A DNA stretch of 64,000 nt from contig CP070686.1 in assembly GCA_020353055.1 (NCBI GenBank), positions 638,965-702,964 on the forward strand. Reading direction: 5' to 3'. The stretch's first letter is position 1. Every line of letters starts with the position of its first letter. The translations under genes and the position numbers were made by a program. Of the stretch, positions 58,267 through 64,000 are shown one piece after another. The stretch is from a candidate division WOR-3 bacterium. Its GTDB lineage: Bacteria; Hydrothermota; Tepidihabitantia; SM23-42. The notes below the pieces were generated by a model. The model saw only the letters and a program-made list of their open reading frames with translations, made no database searches and was not told the origin of the DNA.

Positions 58267-60891
58267 TCAACCGGTTTTGTAATACTTTGAATAGTGCCTA
58301 TAATAATTATCGTAGTAGTAGCTTCCCCTCTCTTTGGGAGCGCCATTCAACACTACACCGAGAATATCGGACTTTGCACTGATCAATATATTATTGGCAA
58401 CATCAAGCGTGTTCAACGTCGTCCTACCGTACCTTGCGGTGAGGATCACGCCGTCCGCAAACGTAGCGAGATAACTGGCATCTGCAAACAGAAGCAATGG
58501 GACACCGTCAATTATTATGTAATCATACTCCTTTCTTAAACTGGCCACCAACTTCTTCATGGCCTCTGACTCAAGAAACACAAAGGGGTTTGGAGGGACT
58601 TTACCAAGAGGCAAAAGGTCAATTTTAGATTTGCTTTCTCTTGCCGCACTCCTGTGACCGGAGCCAAACGGCAACGTCACATCCTGGGGTTCAACTGAGC
58701 CCATCAGGATATCGAACAAGCCGAGTTCCTTTTTTAACTTAGTCACTGCGGTAAGATGCCCCGATGTTTTTCTGAAATCGGTATCGATCATCAAAATGCT
58801 CTTACCCATGCTGCCGATTACCTGACCGAGGTTAAGCGCAACAAATGTCTTACCTTCTTCGGGACCAGCCGAGGTCACGTACAAAACCCTGTACTTCTTG
58901 TAGGGATGGATAAAATCGAGACTGACTGCCAGTTTCCGAAATGATTCAAACTCTGGCGAGGAGATATCCGTACGCAGCAACTTGAGAGGCTCAGGGTGAT
59001 TCGCATTCATCTTGTTCCGCCTTACCCTCCTCCACAACGCCATCAACCCTGTTTCATTGAGCATATGTTCAAACTCGCTAATCTTCTTCTCATCGCCGAT
59101 CAAAGGAATCGTTTCAAGCAGGATTATACCCAATCTATTCGTTATTTTATCAGGGTCCTTGATGGTATTATCAAGGTAATCGGCCGCCAAAACAGCCAGC
59201 GCGCCTCCGAACGCAGCAATTGCCATGGCAAAGATGACACCTCTGATCCTGCCCCGCCCATTGACTGGTGAAGATGACACCATCGGGGGATTAATGATCT
59301 TCAAATCAGATGTCACACCCGCTTCCTGAACCCGTGTTTCTTGCAATCTTTCGGACAAAGTCAGGTATGTTTTCTCGGCCGTTTCTCGGTCCCGCTCAAG
59401 CCTGGCAAGACTGACCTCTTCAAGTGGCACGTTATCGAGTCTCGCCTGCAGAATCCTGATCTGACGATTATAACCATCTATCTCTGATCCTACGGCAGAG
59501 GTACGTTTGAGAACTTCTTCATTAAGTAGTTCTACAAGACCGTCCAATCTCGCCTGTATTTCCCTTACTTTTGGATGATTCGATGAATATTCCCTTAACT
59601 TTCCTTTGAGTTCGGCTTCTGTCTGCAGAAGATCAGAATACAATGCTCGTAGAGATACATCGGAAAGCATCGTCATCCCAAAATCCGGTATGGTATCACC
59701 AAAAGCCGCAGGATTAGCTAAATAGCCGATAAGGTCCTGCATCACTTTCTGTTCGATCTCAAGCAGGCTCTTTCTCGACTGTAGTTCTGACACCTGTGAT
59801 ATCAATTCCTGCGTTGAAGCCTCAAGGTTTGATATAGACTTACGCTCTTTAAATCTCCTGACCTGTTCTTCCAGGTCGGTAAGTAGGTTCTTACTAATAA
59901 TCAGTTGGGAGTCGATAAAAGCCTTCGATTGAGTGAATTGCTGTGATTTCTCCTCCCGGTTCTCCATAAGTAACTGTTCTGAAAGGGAATTGGCTATGCG
60001 GAGCGCGTCCTGGGGGTTCCCCCAGTGCACATCAATCCTCAGGATACCAATTAGATTCATCCCGGGAAATATAGACTTTGCTACAACAGGAGGGTCAGAA
60101 GCACCTTCACCAGAAAAGGGTATGTTTGAGCCGGAAAAACCATCGTCAATTTTGTCCGCATCAAGCACCTTTATCGACAGAGAATTTCTCAAGGCCAATG
60201 CTAAACTCTCCTTCGGATATATCATGAGCCGGTAGTGCTTGTTCAACGGCTTCCCGTGTACTGATGTAATTCTCAATTCACAGATGCCCGCATCGATATA
60301 CTCATCAAGCAAACCCTCGGCGATTTTCTCATCGCCGTTGAATACCGTAATTAAACCGTAGACACTATCCTCTGCCCGACTGCCGTCCCTATAAATAGAC
60401 ACCGGGACATCGTCTATCACAAGCCTCAGAGGTCCAAATGGCTCGGATATTCTCTTTTTCATGATGGCATCGACCCTCAAATCTGAACCGCCATCATCGA
60501 CATAAGTAAACAGGGATAGATCCTCGATAACCTTCTCAGCAAGATTAACGCTTAGAAGACTCGTTATAGCCCGTTGTGTAACCGAGCCAATAACTGTAGG
60601 CAACTCCGCACCGCCAGGTCCGGGAAAAACAGCATCCAAAGGTTTTTCATTTACAACACCCACGTCAAATGTAGCGCGGAAAATTGGACTGTATGATCTT
60701 AGAAAGCTGTTGACTGCGAACCACAGGAAAACCGGCACGAAAATATAAAGAAACAGCCGCTTCCTTCTAAGGAATTTATTGACTACCTCATGAATATCTA
60801 ACGGCTTTTCCTCGGGCTCGCCATAGGTAAGATTAGTATCTCCCTTCTTCTGCAACCGCCTGTTTATATAACTGCTCATCAACCTCCCCAT
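58267..60891 (-). CDS. wzc: Polysaccharide co-polymerase / BY-kinase (Wzc-like chain-length determinant fused to tyrosine kinase)
   Basis: 874 aa. The N-terminal Wzz-like region has a TM helix and coiled coils. Walker A VTSAGPEEGKT, A' ILMIDTDFRKT, Walker B YIIIDGVPLL. C-terminal Tyr cluster ERGSYYYDNYYRHYSKYY. Confidence 0.85.
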   Translation of the reverse strand: MGRLMSSYINRRLQKKGDTNLTYGEPEEKPLDIHEVVNKFLRRKRLFLYIFVPVFLWFAVNSFLRSYSPIFRATFDVGVVNEKPLDAVFPGPGGAELPTVIGSVTQRAITSLLSVNLAEKVIEDLSLFTYVDDGGSDLRVDAIMKKRISEPFGPLRLVIDDVPVSIYRDGSRAEDSVYGLITVFNGDEKIAEGLLDEYIDAGICELRITSVHGKPLNKHYRLMIYPKESLALALRNSLSIKVLDADKIDDGFSGSNIPFSGEGASDPPVVAKSIFPGMNLIGILRIDVHWGNPQDALRIANSLSEQLLMENREEKSQQFTQSKAFIDSQLIISKNLLTDLEEQVRRFKERKSISNLEASTQELISQVSELQSRKSLLEIEQKVMQDLIGYLANPAAFGDTIPDFGMTMLSDVSLRALYSDLLQTEAELKGKLREYSSNHPKVREIQARLDGLVELLNEEVLKRTSAVGSEIDGYNRQIRILQARLDNVPLEEVSLARLERDRETAEKTYLTLSERLQETRVQEAGVTSDLKIINPPMVSSSPVNGRGRIRGVIFAMAIAAFGGALAVLAADYLDNTIKDPDKITNRLGIILLETIPLIGDEKKISEFEHMLNETGLMALWRRVRRNKMNANHPEPLKLLRTDISSPEFESFRKLAVSLDFIHPYKKYRVLYVTSAGPEEGKTFVALNLGQVIGSMGKSILMIDTDFRKTSGHLTAVTKLKKELGLFDILMGSVEPQDVTLPFGSGHRSAARESKSKIDLLPLGKVPPNPFVFLESEAMKKLVASLRKEYDYIIIDGVPLLLFADASYLATFADGVILTARYGRTTLNTLDVANNILISAKSDILGVVLNGAPKERGSYYYDNYYRHYSKYYKTG

Positions 60892-61499
60892 ACCAACACA
60901 TACATAGCCATAGACACCCCGTTATGGCCATCTCAGATACATAGCTTTCACTAGTCCTGTTGGGCGACAGACTCAAATGAAGAGCTACTATACTTAATTC
61001 TCGCTATATTATAACCAAAAAAAGCGTCTTGTCAACCCCCAAAATGAAACTTAAACTTAAGTCATTGATGTCGCGCAAAGTGTTGTTAGCACTATCGCTG
61101 ATGAACATATCTCAAAAAACTACCTAATAGTAGGGACCTTCAACCTGTTCCCGTTGGCAAAAAAAAATAGAGTCGTTTTGACGAGACTTAAATGGCGAAA
61201 AACCAGCAATTAGGAAAGTGAGAAGATGAGCCAAGACCCCCTGTCATTCTCCGGTTTATCCGGGGAATCCAGACTGGCACTTGACGCTCTACGCTAGACG
61301 CATCATGCCCGAATAGGCTTGTCATTGCGAGGAGCGACGCGACGAAGCAATCTCCGTTGGTCGGCGTAGGTTGTAATATCACCCTTGGTTTCTGTAGTAT
61401 ATATAGGAATGAACATTATGATCCTGGTATCACGCTACAGCACCTGTGATCCTGCGATCGCTAGTCAATTGTACTTGAAAGTTACATATAACGTATTTC

Positions 61500-61808
61500 A
61501 TGGAGGTACTACACAGTAGCATGGATGATACACTGAGGGTGTTCAAAGCAGTAGCTAACGAGAAGAGATTAGATATGATCAAGTTACTGGCGGAAAAAGG
61601 AAAATTGAGTTTAAGGGAAGTCGCTTTTCTCATGGATATTCCTGAAGCGACGGCTTGCCGTAATCTGAAGATACTCGAGAATGCGGGGATCGTTAAAAGC
61701 ACGATCATCCGTGCCATTGCCCAATACTGGTTGGACCGGGACATGACCGAATTGCCGAACGGAATGGTGGTCGGAATCGTACTGAATGGATTAACTCAAA
61801 AACGTTAA
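61500..61808 (+). CDS. ArsR/SmtB-like winged-helix transcriptional regulator
   Basis: LRVFKAVANEKRLDMIKLLAEKGKLSLREVAFLMDIPEATACRNLKILENAGIV fits the HTH_20 pattern. An SD-like GGAGGT at 61502 suggests the real start may be the second ATG at 61521. It is divergent from the large minus-strand locus. Confidence 0.55.
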   Translation: MEVLHSSMDDTLRVFKAVANEKRLDMIKLLAEKGKLSLREVAFLMDIPEATACRNLKILENAGIVKSTIIRAIAQYWLDRDMTELPNGMVVGIVLNGLTQKR

Positions 61809-61850
61809 TATCGTTTAGATCGCTATTATCGTTAATAACGTTGATTTACA
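61803..61850 (+). repeat. Intergenic repeat element copy D (truncated: 9-mers GTTAATATC GTTTAGATC GCTATTATC GTTAATAAC GTTGATTTA only)
   Basis: Starts at the stop codon of the regulator gene, as copy B does with its upstream gene. It lacks the conserved tail. Confidence 0.55.
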
Positions 61851-62053
61851 TTTCCAATTGCGACTATGACAAATTGATAGGAAGTAGTATATTCAAAAAC
61901 AGGATATCAGCAGGACGACTATCAGCTTTTAGTATACCAAATCATGGTCGAGCCAAGCTGATCCCCCATAGTCAATCCTGCTGATATCCTCCTTATCTTA
62001 TCAGCGAAGCATGTCATCAGGAGCAAAGCGACATGACTCCAGTCACAGGCGTG

Positions 62054-62251
62054 TTATCTGTCTTTAAGTTGGATTGAATGCTGGACGCCGCCATGCGCCC
62101 AATTCTCCTTCCGCACTTCGCGGATGATGATGTGAACCGCTTCTTTGGGACAATCAACGACCTCAACAATAGTATCGGTAACCCTGGAAATCAGAATCTC
62201 CTTCTTCTTGGCGTCAAATCCAGCCCAAAGATTAATCTCTATGTGTGGCAT
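62054..62251 (-). CDS. Tautomerase-family enzyme (4-oxalocrotonate tautomerase-like)
   Basis: 65 aa. N-terminal MPHIEINLWAG (catalytic Pro1) and the length match 4-OT family members. Confidence 0.7.
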   Translation of the reverse strand: MPHIEINLWAGFDAKKKEILISRVTDTIVEVVDCPKEAVHIIIREVRKENWAHGGVQHSIQLKDR

Positions 62252-62650
62252 ATTCTCTCCTTTCTTAGCCTGTTACCCTCTTGATACCTCATCTCCTTTG
62301 ATTCTCCGAGCTCTGTGTCTCCCCTCTCGGTAATCAATAGTATAATACGTTCACTCCGCTATCTTAACATGACGTGGTGCAGCCTGTCAATGGAGGAATA
62401 TATGATTACTATGATTTCACCTGATAGACGGGTTAAGTGCAATCCGCCTCAGGTAGGCGTGTCTCCGACCGCTTTTTGGTATTGGACTATTAATTTGTGT
62501 GAATTCTGAAAGGAAAGTCTCTACTGAATTAATGAAGGAAACTGTTGATCTACGATACTGGCGCGTATCAACTCAGCACCTGTTTGATAAATTAGGGTTA
62601 GTTAGAGCATACCTCTACAGATTCACTTCTTCGCAAAACCGAGTGCAGCA

Positions 62651-62752
62651 CTTTCTTTACTTTTTGAGCTCTATTTCTTTACAGTTCTTTACGTTACTCA
62701 GCTTCTTAATTTCAAAACATCTGATTTTCTTTCTTGAGATGCTTCTGTCCTC
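62651..62752 (+). repeat. Intergenic repeat element copy E (diverged 9-mers CTTTCTTTA CTTTTTGAG CTCTATTTC ... plus tail CAGCTTCTTAATTTC-N35-GCTTCTGTCCTC)
   Basis: The tail shares the ACTTCTTAA and CTTCTGTCC boxes with copies A-C. The element ends exactly at the stop codon of wecB (62752), as copy B does with the gene at 2222. Confidence 0.55.
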
Positions 62753-63867
62753 TAACGCTTGTGTTCAAACGTACTGTGTAGTATTTTGGCTATGCGCACG
62801 GCAGCCTTGCCGTCCCAGTATTTGGGAATCCGCTTTCGCCTCTTCCCTTTCTTCAATTGTCGCATGGCACCTTTGATGATCTGCTCCGGGTCATTACCGA
62901 CCAGAATATTCGTACCCTGCTTGATCGTTATCGGTCTTTCTGTATTATTGCGCAAGGTGAGACACGGAATACCTAAGATCGTGGATTCTTCCTGAATGCC
63001 GCCGGAATCAGTAAGCACCAGTGAAGCATTCTGCATCAATCCGAGAAATTCCAAATAGCCGAGAGGTTCCACCATTAAAATTCCCTTTTTCTGCACACTA
63101 TCAAAAACATGCTTATGAATATTACCGTACTGCTTAGCGGTTCGGGGATGAACCGGAAATACGATCGGCAAATTCTGTGAAACCTGACTCACAGCCCCCA
63201 TAACGCGTTGCAGCACGGCTATGTTATCGACATTGGACGGGCGGTGCAAGGTCATTACTCCATAATTCGTATTGTCCAAGCCTAATTTCTGCCACGACCG
63301 TGTTGCCCTTGCGGCTGTGAGATGCCTTTTCAGACTGTCAATCATGGTGTTGCCGACAAAAAAGAGCTTCTTTCGTGAGATCCCCTCCCGTAACAGATTC
63401 TTATCTGCATCCGGACATGTTGTGAACAGGTAGTCAGATATCTGGTCGGTCAGCAGACGATTTATTTCCTCGGGCATCGTACGGTCGAAACTTCGCAGAC
63501 CGGCCTCGACATGCGCCACCGGTATGCAGATTTTTGCCGCGACAAGGGCACAGGCAATGGTCGAATTGACATCGCCGACGACGATGACCAGATCAGGGAC
63601 GTCCTTTATGCAGACCTTTTCAAACCTTTCCATTATCTTACCGGTCTGGACCGCGTGAGTGCCAGAGCCGACGCCAAGGTGAATATCTGGTTTGGGTAAC
63701 TTAAGGTCATCAAAGAACACCTTAGACATCTCAGCGTCATAATGCTGACCAGTATGAACAAGAACAGGTTGAAACCGGCGGTGTTTTTTCAATGCTTCAT
63801 ACACCGGCGAAACTTTCATGAAGTTTGGTCTTGTGCCACCAACCAGCAATATCTTCTTCTTTTTCAT
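62752..63867 (-). CDS. wecB: UDP-N-acetylglucosamine 2-epimerase (WecB family)
   Basis: KKILLVGGTRPNFMKVSPV...VHTGQHYDAEMSKVFFDDLKLPKPDIHLGVGSG...VVGDVNSTIACALVAAKICIPVAHVEAGLRSFDRTMPEEINRLLTD. Confidence 0.85.
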   Translation of the reverse strand: MKKKKILLVGGTRPNFMKVSPVYEALKKHRRFQPVLVHTGQHYDAEMSKVFFDDLKLPKPDIHLGVGSGTHAVQTGKIMERFEKVCIKDVPDLVIVVGDVNSTIACALVAAKICIPVAHVEAGLRSFDRTMPEEINRLLTDQISDYLFTTCPDADKNLLREGISRKKLFFVGNTMIDSLKRHLTAARATRSWQKLGLDNTNYGVMTLHRPSNVDNIAVLQRVMGAVSQVSQNLPIVFPVHPRTAKQYGNIHKHVFDSVQKKGILMVEPLGYLEFLGLMQNASLVLTDSGGIQEESTILGIPCLTLRNNTERPITIKQGTNILVGNDPEQIIKGAMRQLKKGKRRKRIPKYWDGKAAVRIAKILHSTFEHKR

Positions 63868-64000
63868 AATGTTATCGTCTGATTATATCCGTAAACACTT
63901 CAACCACAAGCACATTATCGCAAAACCGAGTGGGTCAGGTTTTGTTGCTCCTCATCAATTTTGTTCTCGTAGCAAGTAAAGAAGCTAAGAAATTGGGAAA

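Noticed and set aside
8179-60891. Looked for transposases, integrases, tRNA genes or direct repeats that would mark the locus as a horizontally acquired island.
   Set aside because: No transposase or integrase motifs (DDE, Tyr-recombinase R-H-R-Y) and no tRNA-like sequence were recognised. An island origin cannot be excluded, but nothing in the window supports it.
60892-61499. Checked the leader for a proteobacterial JUMPStart/ops element (GGCGGTAG) or an obvious tRNA or riboswitch.
   Set aside because: No ops-like 8-mer found by eye. Several short inverted repeats are present, but none has a clear GC-rich stem plus U-tract. Left as an unexplained leader rather than calling an ncRNA.
61188-61744. 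Minus-strand ORFs 61188-61382 and 61430-61744 in the leader, and antisense to the ArsR-like gene.
   Set aside because: No RBS or recognisable domains. The second is the antisense shadow of a convincing HTH regulator gene. Treated as non-coding leader.
62499-62876. Plus-strand 125-aa ORF overlapping repeat element E and the 3' end of wecB.
   Set aside because: Low-complexity, Leu/Phe/Ser-rich translation generated by the T-rich repeat. It is antisense to a well-supported wecB C-terminus.

Overview
This window (GC about 45% by eye) looks like it comes from an uncultivated member of the Fibrobacteres-Chlorobi-Bacteroidetes (FCB) superphylum. The evidence is a Type IX secretion C-terminal sorting domain on a beta-helix/PKD protein, Shine-Dalgarno-type ribosome binding sites, and a lamin-tail-domain secreted protein. 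Positions 1-8120 hold secreted or cell-surface protein genes, one stand-alone phosphoglycosyl transferase gene and a bidirectional intrinsic terminator. Positions 8179-60891 are a single uninterrupted minus-strand glycan biosynthesis locus of about 52.7 kb and 42 genes. It is headed at 60891 by a Wzc-type co-polymerase/tyrosine kinase and ends at the terminator near 8100. The locus carries two Wzx-like flippases, a Wzy/O-antigen-ligase-like polymerase, two phosphoglycosyl transferases, at least seven GT4 and three GT2 glycosyltransferases, and two GT-C membrane glycosyltransferases with an ArnC-like Und-P-sugar synthase and a UPF0104 flippase-like protein. It also carries a near-complete UDP-2,3-diacetamido-uronic acid pathway: a WbpA-like dehydrogenase, a fused WbpB-WbpD protein with a zinc-ribbon tail, WbpE/DegT aminotransferases and three WecB-family epimerases, one adjacent to a DUF354 partner. 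Three asparagine-synthetase-family proteins are present, two of them lacking the Cys2 nucleophile. Further genes encode a FemAB-like aminoacyl transferase, two CE4-like deacetylases, a CapK/PaaK-like ligase, two radical-SAM/SPASM enzymes, a nucleotidyltransferase, four SDR epimerase/dehydratases and a class-V aminotransferase. Upstream of the locus is a roughly 600 bp leader with a divergently oriented ArsR-like regulator, followed by a 4-oxalocrotonate tautomerase-family gene and a third wecB. Two non-coding signals stand out. One is a family of five co-oriented intergenic elements built from degenerate 9-bp tandem repeats plus a conserved tail. The other is a recurring ACTTAAGT-type palindrome in both control regions. 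No tRNA, rRNA, CRISPR, transposase or integrase could be supported. No Wza/OPX-type outer-membrane exporter and no exosortase were recognised in the window.
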